NCBI GenBank assembly: GCA_902774525.1 | Contig: CACYIR010000001.1 | Coordinates: forward strand, 1-48,416 | DNA from: an uncultured Lachnospiraceae bacterium | GTDB taxonomy: Bacteria; Bacillota; Clostridia; Lachnospirales; Lachnospiraceae | Direction of reading: 5' to 3' | DNA length: 48,416 nucleotides | Shown: positions 8,915-16,803 of the stretch, one piece after another | Layout: each line of letters begins with the position of its first letter | Numbering within the stretch: the stretch's first letter is position 1 | Made by a program: the position numbers and the translations under genes | The notes under the pieces: generated by a model | Database searches by the model: none | What the model saw: the letters and a program-made list of their open reading frames with translations, nothing else | What the model was told of the DNA's origin: nothing

Positions 8915-9514
8915 TTACAATACAGCCTTTATTGCTGCCATAAATTCCTCGTATGTCTCGAATGCGGGGAGCTCCGGATGATCAGCCTTGATCTGTTCGG
9001 TACTTCTGAACAGGAAGCCTGCCTTGCTTGCAAGTATCATGCCAAGGTCGTTATGGCTGTCACCTGCTGCAATAGTATCAAAACCTATGGACTGAAGTGC
9101 CTTTACGGTTGTAAGCTTAGACTGCTCGCATCTCATCTTAAATCCTGTGATCTCACCGTTCTCTCCCACTACAAGCTCATTACAGAATATAGTCGGATAT
9201 CCGAGCTTCTTCATCAAAGGTCCCGCGAACTGTGAGAAAGTATCACTTAAGATAAGTACCTGTGTGATGGAACGGAGTTCATCCAAAAACTCCTTTGCTC
9301 CGGGCATCGGATCTATCTTTGCTATAGTTTCCTGGATTTCCTTAAGTCCCAATCCATGCTCTTTAAGTATCCCGATCCGGAATTTCATGAGCTTATCATA
9401 ATCCGGCTCATCCCTTGTGGTCCTTCTAAGCTCGGGTATCCCGCTTGCTTCGGAAAAGGCGATCCAGATCTCGGGTACAAGCACTCCCTCTAAATCCAGG
9501 CATACTATGTTCAT
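8915..9514 (-). CDS. thrH: ThrH-type phosphoserine phosphatase / homoserine phosphotransferase (HAD superfamily)
   Basis: ORF 8915..9574. The ATG at 9514 follows GGAGGAC. MNIVCLDLEGVLVPEIWIAFSE...TTRDEPDYDKLMKFRIGILKEHGL...ILSDTF...AAGDSHND is near-collinear with Pseudomonas aeruginosa ThrH as I recall it. Confidence 0.8.
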   Translation of the reverse strand: MNIVCLDLEGVLVPEIWIAFSEASGIPELRRTTRDEPDYDKLMKFRIGILKEHGLGLKEIQETIAKIDPMPGAKEFLDELRSITQVLILSDTFSQFAGPLMKKLGYPTIFCNELVVGENGEITGFKMRCEQSKLTTVKALQSIGFDTIAAGDSHNDLGMILASKAGFLFRSTEQIKADHPELPAFETYEEFMAAIKAVL

Positions 9515-9584
9515 TGTTTTGTCCTCCAAAATAATTCTTTTACTGACTCTTTCCGTCAATATGATTTCTGTCACATACGGAAAC

Positions 9585-9614
9585 AGTATAGTACATTTTG
9601 CATGGTTTTGTCAA
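9585..9614 (-). promoter_or_regulatory. Putative sigma-A promoter of thrH
   Basis: On the minus strand: TTGACA (9609-9614), 18-nt spacer, TATACT (9585-9590). Confidence 0.45.
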
Positions 9615-9675
9615 TTACGGCATTTTATTTGTCATTATTCACAAATAATATAAGTAGGCATTTAAAAATTTTTAC

Positions 9676-9704
9676 TTGCCTTTTTTTTGTATTATTGATA
9701 AAAT
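9676..9704 (+). promoter_or_regulatory. Putative sigma-A promoter of typA
   Basis: TTGCCT (9676-9681), 17-nt spacer, extended -10 TGaTAAAAT (9696-9704). This leaves a ~85-nt leader before the ATG at 9795. Confidence 0.45.
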
Positions 9705-9794
9705 ATTTGAGTTTGAAGATGAAATATCCTTCGGAACATAAGTATCCGAGGATGACATAACTATAAACCATTGCATAATAATAAGAGGTTTAAA

Positions 9795-11621
9795 ATGAAG
9801 CGTGAAGATATCAGAAACATAGCGATAATTGCACATGTTGACCATGGTAAAACAACCCTTGTCGATGCACTTCTCCGCCAGAGCGGCGTATTCCGTTCAA
9901 ACCAGGTGGTCGAAGAAAGAGTCATGGACTCAAACGATCTTGAAAGAGAAAGAGGTATCACCATTCTTTCAAAGAATACCGCGGTTAACTATAACGGAGT
10001 AAAAATAAATATCATCGATACACCCGGTCATGCCGATTTCGGCGGTGAGGTTGAGCGAGTTCTGAAAATGGTTAACGGTGTAGTACTGGTCGTTGACGCA
10101 TTTGAAGGACCCATGCCTCAGACCAAGTTCGTATTAAAGAAAGCTTTGGAGCTTAATCTTCCCGTTATATGCTGTATAAATAAGATAGACAGACCCGAGG
10201 CAGATCCCAAGCGTGTTATCGACGAGGTACTCGAGCTCTTTATCGAGCTTGATGCAAGCGATGAGCAGCTTGACTGTCCTTTCGTATATGCATCAGCGAA
10301 ATCAGGTGTAGCGATCTTAGAGCTTAATGATACACCTCAGAACATGAAGCCCTTATTTGATACGATCCTTGAATACATCCCCGCTCCCGAGGGTGACCCC
10401 GACCGCGGAACACAGGTACTTGTAAGCACCATCGATTATAACGAGTACGTAGGAAGGATCGGTGTAGGTAAAGTTGACAACGGTACCATCAAGGTCGGTC
10501 AGGATGTTGTGATCGTAAACTACCATGATCCCGATAAAACAAAGAAGGTAAAGATAAGCAAGCTTTACGAATACGACGGCTTAAAGAAGGTAGAGGTACA
10601 GAGCGCCACAATAGGTTCCATCGTAGCTTTCTCGGGTATCGAAGATATCCATATCGGTGATACACTCTGCTCTCCCGATGATGTAGAGGCTATACCTTTC
10701 CAGAAGATCTCAGAGCCCACTCTTTCAATGAATTTTGTGGTAAACGATTCACCTTTGGCAGGTAAGGAAGGAAAATGGGTTACCTCACGTCACTTAAGAG
10801 ACAGGCTTTTCCGCGAATTAAATACGGATGTAAGCTTAAAGGTTGAAGAAACCGATACTACCGAGGCATTTAAGGTATCGGGCCGTGGCGAGCTTCATCT
10901 TTCAATCCTCATAGAAACCATGAGACGTGAAGGATATGAGTTTGCTGTAAGCAAGGCACAGGTAATCTTCAAGAAGGGCGAAAACGGTGAAAAACTCGAG
11001 CCCATGGAAAAAGCTTACGTTGATGTCCCTGAGGAGTTTTCCGGTACGGTTATTGAAAAGCTCAGCAACCGTAAGGGCGAGCTGCTCAATATGTCCACCG
11101 TTTCAGGCGGATATACAAGACTTGAATTCTCCATCCCCGCAAGAGGTCTTATCGGATACCGCGGTGAGTTCATGACAGATACCAAGGGTAACGGCATACT
11201 TAATACGATATTCGACGGATACGGTCCTTACAAGGGAGATATAGCTTTCAGAAAGCAGGGAAGCCTTATAGCATTCGAGAGCGGTGAATCCGTAACATAC
11301 GGTCTGTATAATGCCCAGGAACGCGGAACTCTGTTTATCGGTGCAGGTGAGCAGGTATATGCAGGAATGGTTGTAGGCCAGAGCGGTAAGGGCGAGGATA
11401 TCGAGCTTAACGTATGTAAGAGAAAGCAGATGACCAACACCCGTTCATCAAGTGCAGATGAAGCATTAAGACTTACACCTCCGAGAATACTCTCACTCGA
11501 GCAGGCACTCGAATTTATCGATGATGATGAGCTTTTGGAGATCACTCCCAAGAACTTAAGGATCAGGAAAAAGATACTTGATCCCACACTCAGAAAGCGT
11601 GCAGGATTTAAAAAGGGATGA
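9795..11621 (+). CDS. typA: Translational GTPase TypA/BipA
   Basis: ORF 9771..11621. The ATG at 9795 follows AAGAGG. MKREDIRNIAIIAHVDHGKTTLVD...DTPGHADFGGEVER...NKIDR. The length (608 aa) and C-terminal region are typical of BipA. Confidence 0.95.
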   Translation: MKREDIRNIAIIAHVDHGKTTLVDALLRQSGVFRSNQVVEERVMDSNDLERERGITILSKNTAVNYNGVKINIIDTPGHADFGGEVERVLKMVNGVVLVVDAFEGPMPQTKFVLKKALELNLPVICCINKIDRPEADPKRVIDEVLELFIELDASDEQLDCPFVYASAKSGVAILELNDTPQNMKPLFDTILEYIPAPEGDPDRGTQVLVSTIDYNEYVGRIGVGKVDNGTIKVGQDVVIVNYHDPDKTKKVKISKLYEYDGLKKVEVQSATIGSIVAFSGIEDIHIGDTLCSPDDVEAIPFQKISEPTLSMNFVVNDSPLAGKEGKWVTSRHLRDRLFRELNTDVSLKVEETDTTEAFKVSGRGELHLSILIETMRREGYEFAVSKAQVIFKKGENGEKLEPMEKAYVDVPEEFSGTVIEKLSNRKGELLNMSTVSGGYTRLEFSIPARGLIGYRGEFMTDTKGNGILNTIFDGYGPYKGDIAFRKQGSLIAFESGESVTYGLYNAQERGTLFIGAGEQVYAGMVVGQSGKGEDIELNVCKRKQMTNTRSSSADEALRLTPPRILSLEQALEFIDDDELLEITPKNLRIRKKILDPTLRKRAGFKKG

Positions 11622-11640
11622 TACCCGACAGATAAGTAAA

Positions 11641-11671
11641 GGCTGTGAACTTATTCACAGCCTTATTTTTT
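11641..11671 (+). terminator. Rho-independent terminator of typA, possibly shared with the convergent gene
   Basis: GGCTGTGAA-CTTA-TTCACAGCC (11641-11662) followed by TTATTTTTT. Confidence 0.8.
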
Positions 11672-11716
11672 ATGTTTTATTACTGCTTTTTATGTTTTAT
11701 CACTACAGTTACCTTT

Positions 11717-12541
11717 TTAATTTAAAGGCACTTTTTTCTCTTTATCGGTAAGTGAAGAAACCGTTTTCTTTCTTATGGTCTCAAGCCTCTTAAATATGAA
11801 GGTTTCCACATCTTTTATTTTTTTGACCTTGGCCTGTTCAAACAGTTCCCCGTATATTTTTTTCATCAGTTCATTGGATACCGATCGTCTGGTCTTTTCC
11901 TGAGGCGGTCCGCAGAGCCTGAAGCGTTCTGCTGCAAGCAGACTGTTGAATGCTCTTTCTCCATACCAGGAAAACATTTCGGATACAAAGGATATTATTT
12001 CCTTCGTCTGTTCGTCTATAAGCTTATCAGGGGAAAGGGTAGAGTTACTGAAAAATACGGAGTTTTTAAAGCCTTCCGCCACTGTCTTATACGGTGAATT
12101 GCCGTTTCCTTTGGTGGGCTGATAAATATCGTCAAATACAGGCTTCCCTAAAAACTTTAAAGAAAGTATCTGGGACCATAACAGTATAACATCCAGATGT
12201 GCCTGTGAAAGTGTACCCGGACATGTATCGATAATGTACTGAGCTATAAGCAGTATCCTGCTTTCAAGTATCGGCTTATAAAGCTTTGTCAGGCTCTTCC
12301 TGTAGGCCACACCCGTTATCTTATCCCCGTTATTTATCAGCAGTTCCTGAAAACTGTTTTTATCGCGGTACAGCTGATAAAGCTTCTGGGTATATTCATT
12401 ATCGGGTATGGTCTTCATACCGGCATACAGCACTATGGTTGTTTCACCCCATCCCAAGAGCTTTGCAAGGGGCTTTTTTCCGATATCGTACATTTCGAGC
12501 AGATTTTTAAGTTCGTCCTTGTCGATACTCTTCTTTTCCAT
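11717..12541 (-). CDS. Hypothetical protein with an HTH-like N-terminus and a Panacea/DUF4065 (SocA-like antitoxin)-like central region; tentative
   Basis: The N-terminal segment KPLAKLLGWGETTIVLYAGMKTIPDNEY looks like a helix-turn-helix. HLDVILLWSQILSLKFLGKPVFDDIYQPTKGNGNSPYKTV resembles the Panacea core pattern (LQKLLYxAQ...G.PLF.E.F.AW..GPV). The call is by eye only. Confidence 0.4.
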   Translation of the reverse strand: MEKKSIDKDELKNLLEMYDIGKKPLAKLLGWGETTIVLYAGMKTIPDNEYTQKLYQLYRDKNSFQELLINNGDKITGVAYRKSLTKLYKPILESRILLIAQYIIDTCPGTLSQAHLDVILLWSQILSLKFLGKPVFDDIYQPTKGNGNSPYKTVAEGFKNSVFFSNSTLSPDKLIDEQTKEIISFVSEMFSWYGERAFNSLLAAERFRLCGPPQEKTRRSVSNELMKKIYGELFEQAKVKKIKDVETFIFKRLETIRKKTVSSLTDKEKKVPLN

Positions 12542-12557
12542 CCGTACCCCCTATGTG

Positions 12558-12572
12558 TATCCGGACCGGATA
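12558..12572. promoter_or_regulatory. Perfect 15-nt palindrome upstream of the Panacea-like gene (candidate operator)
   Basis: TATCCGGaCCGGATA at 12558-12572, 17-31 nt upstream of the ATG at 12541, inside the 80-nt gap between the two islet genes. Confidence 0.3.
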
Positions 12573-12621
12573 ACCCTGTCCGTTACGTACCCTGATATAC
12601 CTATCCCGTGGCTAAAGCAGA

Positions 12622-13278
12622 TCAGAATACATTTGCGATGATCCACGGAATACCGTATGAGATAAGACACATTATAACTGTTGCCATGAGCAATCCCAAT
12701 ATAACGGCCGGGAATGCCTTTTTAAACTTTATATTTAATAAGGAAGCGATAAGTGAACCGGTCCATGCTCCGGTGCCGGGAAGCGGGATACCGACAAACA
12801 GGACAAGTCCGATGAATTCATACTTTTTGATCTTTTCGCTCTTACCCATCGACTTATTTTCCAGCTTTTCAACTATGGGTTTAAAGAGCTTGGTCTTCTT
12901 AAGCCATGTAAATATCGGTGTGATAAGAAGCAGGATAAAAGGTACCGGTATGATATTGCCGGCTATACAGATACCTATCGCCTTAAAGAGCGGTATGCCT
13001 TTTATAGCTGCAATGATAAGACCTCCTCTAAGCTCTATAACGGGTACCATTGAGATTATAAAACATACCAGTTCGTCAGGCAGTCCCGAAAGCTTTCCGG
13101 CCAGCTTGCCTGCAAATGAATCATTTACCTCCTCTTCTGATTCATTTGAGATTTCGGCAGTCTCGGTTCCTGTTGTATTATCTTCTTTTTCAGAACTGCA
13201 TGCGGTCATTATAAAGACCGATAATGTCATTATCAGAAGGAGTACCATGATCCTTCCGGTTCTTTTGATAGTTATCAT
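12622..13278 (-). CDS. COG2426 / small-multidrug-export-like (PF06695-type) membrane protein with a lipoprotein-like N-terminal extension
   Basis: ORF 12622..13359. The ATG at 13278 follows GAGGAA. The N-terminus MITIKRTGRIMVLLLIMTLSVFIMTAC has a lipobox-like IMTAC, followed by an acidic linker. The core VPVIELRGGLIIAAIKGIP...GNIIPVPFILL...GIPLPGTGAWTGSL is typical of the family. Confidence 0.55.
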   Translation of the reverse strand: MITIKRTGRIMVLLLIMTLSVFIMTACSSEKEDNTTGTETAEISNESEEEVNDSFAGKLAGKLSGLPDELVCFIISMVPVIELRGGLIIAAIKGIPLFKAIGICIAGNIIPVPFILLLITPIFTWLKKTKLFKPIVEKLENKSMGKSEKIKKYEFIGLVLFVGIPLPGTGAWTGSLIASLLNIKFKKAFPAVILGLLMATVIMCLISYGIPWIIANVF

Positions 13279-13337
13279 TATTAATTCCTCAATTTCTTTA
13301 TGATTCTTCGCTTCTCTCAGAATGACGATATTTAAAA

Positions 13338-13370
13338 CAAAATAAAAGCCCCAAACCAAATGTTTGAGGC
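13338..13370 (-). terminator. Rho-independent terminator after tRNA-Arg
   Basis: On the minus strand, CCTCAAAC-attt-g-GTTTGGGG (one G-U pair) is followed by CTTTTATTTTGTTTT. Confidence 0.65.
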
Positions 13371-13373
13371 CTA

Positions 13374-13447
13374 TGTGTGTGACAAGATTCGAACTCGCGA
13401 CCTTCTGGTCCGTAGCCAGACGCTCTATCCAGCTGAGCTACACACAC
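13374..13447 (-). tRNA. tRNA-Arg (anticodon ACG)
   Basis: Reverse complement: GTGTGTG-TA-GCTC-AGCTGGATA-GAGC-G-TCTGG-CTACGGA-CCAGA-AGGTC-GCGAG-TTCGAAT-CTTGT-CACACAC-A. It folds as a full cloverleaf with the GTTCGAAT T-loop and an anticodon loop CT-ACG-GA. CCA is not encoded. Confidence 0.9.
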
Positions 13448-13471
13448 ATTCGTTTCGCAACGACATTAGAT

Positions 13472-13500
13472 ATATTACCTCAAAACCACATATATGTCAA
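13472..13500 (-). promoter_or_regulatory. Near-consensus sigma-A promoter of the tRNA-Arg gene
   Basis: On the minus strand: TTGACA (13495-13500), 17-nt spacer, TAATAT (13472-13477), about 25 nt upstream of the mature 5' end. Confidence 0.6.
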
Positions 13501-13565
13501 GCAGTTTTTAAATTATCTTTCACTTAACCTGCATATAAATGTATATGGTTGCGTATCCGGCATTC

Positions 13566-14318
13566 TTACTCCATGTCAAGTTCCACAGGACAATGATCGG
13601 AACCCATTATATCCGAGTGTATAACCGCATCCTTAAGCCTTCCTTTGAGCTTCCCGGACACAACAAAGTAGTCTATACGCCAGCCTGTATTCCTCTCCCT
13701 TGACTTAAACATATATGACCACCAGGAATAAGCTTCTTTTTTATCCGGATAAAAGTACCTGAAGGAATCGATATAACCGTTCTCAAGCACCCTGGTAAAG
13801 CACTCTCTTTCCCTGTCGGTAAAGCCTGCGTTCATATGGTTTGAATCGGGATTCTTAAGGTCGATCTCTTTATGTGCCACATTAAGGTCCCCGCAGTATA
13901 TCACCGGCTTCTTCTTTTCCAACCCTTTTATATAGGAAAGAAAATCTTTTTCCCATTCCATTCGGTAATCGATACGGGCAAGCTCACGCTGGGAATTGGG
14001 AACGTATACGTCTACAAAATAAAAATCCTTGTATTCCGCTGTGATTACTCTTCCCTCATGGTCATGCTCTTCTATATTTATGCCATATGTAACAGATACA
14101 GGTTCTTCTTTTGTAAATAAAGCAGTACCTGAGTATCCTTTTTTCTCAGCATAATTCCAATACTGATGATAACCTTCCAAGGGGAGTTCGATCTGTCCTT
14201 CGGAAAGCTTGGTCTCCTGTAGACAGAATATGTCAGCATCTATTTCCTTAAAGAAATCCATAAAGCCTTTTTGCATGCATGCTCTAAGTCCGTTTACATT
14301 CCATGATATGAATTTCAT
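13566..14318 (-). CDS. xth: Exodeoxyribonuclease III (AP endonuclease)
   Basis: MKFISWNVNGLRACMQKGFMDFFKEIDADIFCLQETK...GDLNVAHKEIDL...WRIDYF...GSDHCPV. These are canonical ExoIII/EEP motifs. Confidence 0.92.
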   Translation of the reverse strand: MKFISWNVNGLRACMQKGFMDFFKEIDADIFCLQETKLSEGQIELPLEGYHQYWNYAEKKGYSGTALFTKEEPVSVTYGINIEEHDHEGRVITAEYKDFYFVDVYVPNSQRELARIDYRMEWEKDFLSYIKGLEKKKPVIYCGDLNVAHKEIDLKNPDSNHMNAGFTDRERECFTRVLENGYIDSFRYFYPDKKEAYSWWSYMFKSRERNTGWRIDYFVVSGKLKGRLKDAVIHSDIMGSDHCPVELDME

Positions 14319-14348
14319 CAGCTTCTTTACCTCTCTTTACAGAATTAA

Positions 14349-14376
14349 CGGGAAGAACTTTTAAAGGCTCTTCCCG
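14349..14376 (-). terminator. Probable terminator closing the xpaC-telA operon
   Basis: CGGGAAGA (14349-14356) pairs with TCTTCCCG (14369-14376), 16 nt downstream of the stop at 14392. The U-tract (TTAATTCT) is weak. Confidence 0.4.
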
Positions 14377-14391
14377 TATAATAGAAAAATC

Positions 14392-15390
14392 CTATCTTTC
14401 TTTTTTCAAAGGACCGCTTCTGTAGGATGAACTTCCGGGCTCATTCTCGAAGTAGTTGCTCTTTGCGCTTTCCTCAAGACCGCTTGTATTCGGTGCAGGT
14501 CTTGAACTCTGGTTCTGATAATTTCCGTATTGAACATTCTGGTTGTTCATATTGTTATTTGGTCTGTAATTTTGGTTGTTCCCGCCGCCGTACTGTACGT
14601 TCTGGTTATAACTGCCGCTGTTCGGAGCATATCCGTTATATCCGTTGTATCCGTTCTGTCCGGGACGTCCGCCCTGACCGCCCTGTACGTTTTCATAACG
14701 TCTCTGGTTATTGTTCTGGCGGGCGTTATTGTACTGACCGTTGTTGTATTGCTGATTGTAATTACCCTGACGGCCGTTATTATACTGCTGGTTGTTTCCG
14801 CTGTAATATCCGCCCTGCTGCCCGGTACGTGCCGCATCTCTGACATCTCCGGTCATGCTTGCATTGTAATTCTGGCCGTTATATCTTCCACCGTATCCTG
14901 CACTCATCCTGTCTGTTGAGCTGTAGGGATTGGCTCCGTGATTTACAGTAGAACTGTAGGGATTGGCCGAGGTATTGGGTCTGTTATTATTGTTAAACAG
15001 CTTTCCCATCTCGATACCGAGTTTGTTGGCTCCCCGGCCTACCTTTTCAGTGATCCTTTCGGCAGTCTGGCTCATCTTCTGGCTGAAACTGCCGTTGGCG
15101 GAATTAAATCCGTTGTTAACACCCTGTGCCGTCTGCTTCGGGCTCTCTATCTGAGGTCCGTTATACTGCTCTAAAAGCTTTTTTTCTTTTGAAGACTGTA
15201 TTGCTTTTCCGATACCGCATCCGGCCATCAACACTCCAGCTCCGACCAGGCCTCCGGCCACAGTCATCGCATGTTGAAACATTGAAGCATCCGTAAGCGC
15301 CGGGCTCAGTTTTACGGCACCTATTATGGTACAAGCGAGTATTGCGATCGCCACGCCCGTCTTCTGGAAAAATCTTTTTATCTTTCCCAC
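14392..15390 (-). CDS. Hypothetical membrane-anchored protein with a ~220-aa Q/N/G/Y-rich low-complexity (prion-like) region
   Basis: GTG start at 15390 after AAGGATGG. There are two N-terminal hydrophobic segments (GVAIAILACTIIGAV; VAGGLVGAGVLMAGCGIG). The rest reads ...GGYYSGNNQQYNNGRQGNYNQQYNNGQYNNARQNNNQ...NQNVQYGGGNNQNYRPNNNMNNQNVQYGNYQNQ. Confidence 0.6.
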   Translation of the reverse strand: MGKIKRFFQKTGVAIAILACTIIGAVKLSPALTDASMFQHAMTVAGGLVGAGVLMAGCGIGKAIQSSKEKKLLEQYNGPQIESPKQTAQGVNNGFNSANGSFSQKMSQTAERITEKVGRGANKLGIEMGKLFNNNNRPNTSANPYSSTVNHGANPYSSTDRMSAGYGGRYNGQNYNASMTGDVRDAARTGQQGGYYSGNNQQYNNGRQGNYNQQYNNGQYNNARQNNNQRRYENVQGGQGGRPGQNGYNGYNGYAPNSGSYNQNVQYGGGNNQNYRPNNNMNNQNVQYGNYQNQSSRPAPNTSGLEESAKSNYFENEPGSSSYRSGPLKKER

Positions 15391-15417
15391 TAACTATCCA
15401 TCCTTTTAAAAGATTCT

Positions 15418-16671
15418 TCAGCTCTTAAGCTCCATAAGCTTCTGCTTTAATTCGCCTTCGATCCTTCCGAGTTCCTGCTCGGCTGCTGCACGCTTAGCCT
15501 TGCCTTCGGTCTGGATCTTCATTACTTCGTCTAATGTGCTGATAAGATTCTCATTTGTAGTCTTTAATGTCTCAATATCTACTACAGATCTCTCTGCTTC
15601 CTTAGCAGTCTCGATAGTAGCCATTTTCAATGTCTCGGCATTCTTCTTTAAGAGCTCGTTTGTCATATTGGTAACTGCCGACTGAGCAGCTGTAGCCTGA
15701 CGTCCGTGTTCGATACCGAGTGCAAGTACCATCTGTGATTTCCACAGCGGGATCGTATTAACGATAGAGGACTGTATCTTTTCTACCATCAATGTATCAT
15801 TGTTCTGAAGCATTCTGGTCTGAGGACCCATCTGAATAGAGATCATACGGGTAAGTTCAAGATCATGAAGCTTTTTCTCAAAACGGTCACAAAGATTGGA
15901 GAAATCATTGTATGCCTGAGCATCTTCCTGTGCACCGGTCTCCTCTGCCTTCTTACGGAGCTCCTGAAGCTCATTTGCACGTACCTCGGCAAGTCTCTTC
16001 TTACCGGCAATGATATACATTGTAAGCTCTTTATAATACTTAAGGTTAAGATCGTACATCTGGTCAAAAAGGGCTATGTCCTTCATAAGTGTTACCTGAT
16101 GCTGCTCAAGCATTTCAACGATCTTATCCACATTGGCCTCAGCCTTTGTATAATTAGCCTTCATGGTGGCTACATCACGCTTTTTCTTCTGGAACCATCC
16201 TGCGATACCCTTCTTCTCGGGCTCGTCCAGGGTTTTCAGCTGAACAACCAGTGAAGAAAGTGTCTCGCCTATCTGACCGAGATCCTTAGTCTTAACACTG
16301 TTAAGTGCTGATTCCGAGAATGAAGCGATATGCTGCTGTGCTGCAGAACCATAGGTCATTACCATATTTGAATCGGAAATATCGATCTTGGATGCAAAGT
16401 CATTAACAATCGCCTTTTCCTCTTCGGTAAGCATGTCCTCGTTGATCTGAACGGGATCTGCTTCCTGCTGTGCCTGCTGACCGTTCTGCTTTTCAGCTTC
16501 AGGATTAAGTGTAAGTGTAGGTGCTGACGGAACAGCAGATACCTGTATTGCCTGAGGCTGCGCGGGAGCAGCTGCTGCCTGGGGCATCGAAGGTGCCTCA
16601 ATAGCTGCAGGTGCAGCGGGTGCTGCCATTGCATTAGGTTCAAGTGTTAATGAAGGTATTCCGTTATCCAT
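15418..16671 (-). CDS. telA: TelA/YaaN-family toxic anion resistance protein with a ~75-aa P/A/Q-rich N-terminal extension
   Basis: The ATG at 16671 follows GGAGGAA. The body (EEKAIVNDFASKIDISD...GSAAQQHIASFSE...IQSSIVNTIPLWKSQ...VDIETLKTTNENLISTLDEV...GELKQKL) is collinear with B. subtilis YaaN as I recall it. Confidence 0.85.
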   Translation of the reverse strand: MDNGIPSLTLEPNAMAAPAAPAAIEAPSMPQAAAAPAQPQAIQVSAVPSAPTLTLNPEAEKQNGQQAQQEADPVQINEDMLTEEEKAIVNDFASKIDISDSNMVMTYGSAAQQHIASFSESALNSVKTKDLGQIGETLSSLVVQLKTLDEPEKKGIAGWFQKKKRDVATMKANYTKAEANVDKIVEMLEQHQVTLMKDIALFDQMYDLNLKYYKELTMYIIAGKKRLAEVRANELQELRKKAEETGAQEDAQAYNDFSNLCDRFEKKLHDLELTRMISIQMGPQTRMLQNNDTLMVEKIQSSIVNTIPLWKSQMVLALGIEHGRQATAAQSAVTNMTNELLKKNAETLKMATIETAKEAERSVVDIETLKTTNENLISTLDEVMKIQTEGKAKRAAAEQELGRIEGELKQKLMELKS

Positions 16672-16803
16672 AAAATATTTCCTCCTCGTAAAACCTTTCG
16701 GATCTTTAGATAATATACCATATGGTTTTTATAAACAATAGTGCGGACTTTCTTAAATAGTCCTTAAATAATCTGTTACTTTTGCAAATTACGGAACTTT
16801 AAT

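Noticed and set aside
11665-11705. A short direct repeat TTTTATGTTTTAT(T/C)ACT, present twice, between typA and the convergent gene
   Set aside because: It is only two imperfect AT-rich copies in a terminator-flanking spacer, with no associated structure or coding potential.
12608-13303. A 231-aa + strand ORF covering the COG2426 gene
   Set aside because: The minus-strand frame carries recognisable family motifs, a lipobox leader and an RBS. The + strand ORF is antisense with no start signals.
11622-13447. Possible integrated mobile element at the 3' side of tRNA-Arg
   Set aside because: There is no integrase, recombinase or transposase. No direct repeat of the tRNA 3' end (TTCGAATCTTGTCACACACA) is visible near 11622-11716. 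The segment is only about 1.7 kb with two genes. The islet idea is kept only as a context note.
14427-14919. Several overlapping ORFs on both strands inside the Q/N-rich gene
   Set aside because: The low-complexity repetitive DNA keeps several frames open. Only the 14392-15390 minus frame has an RBS, TM segments and operon-consistent spacing.
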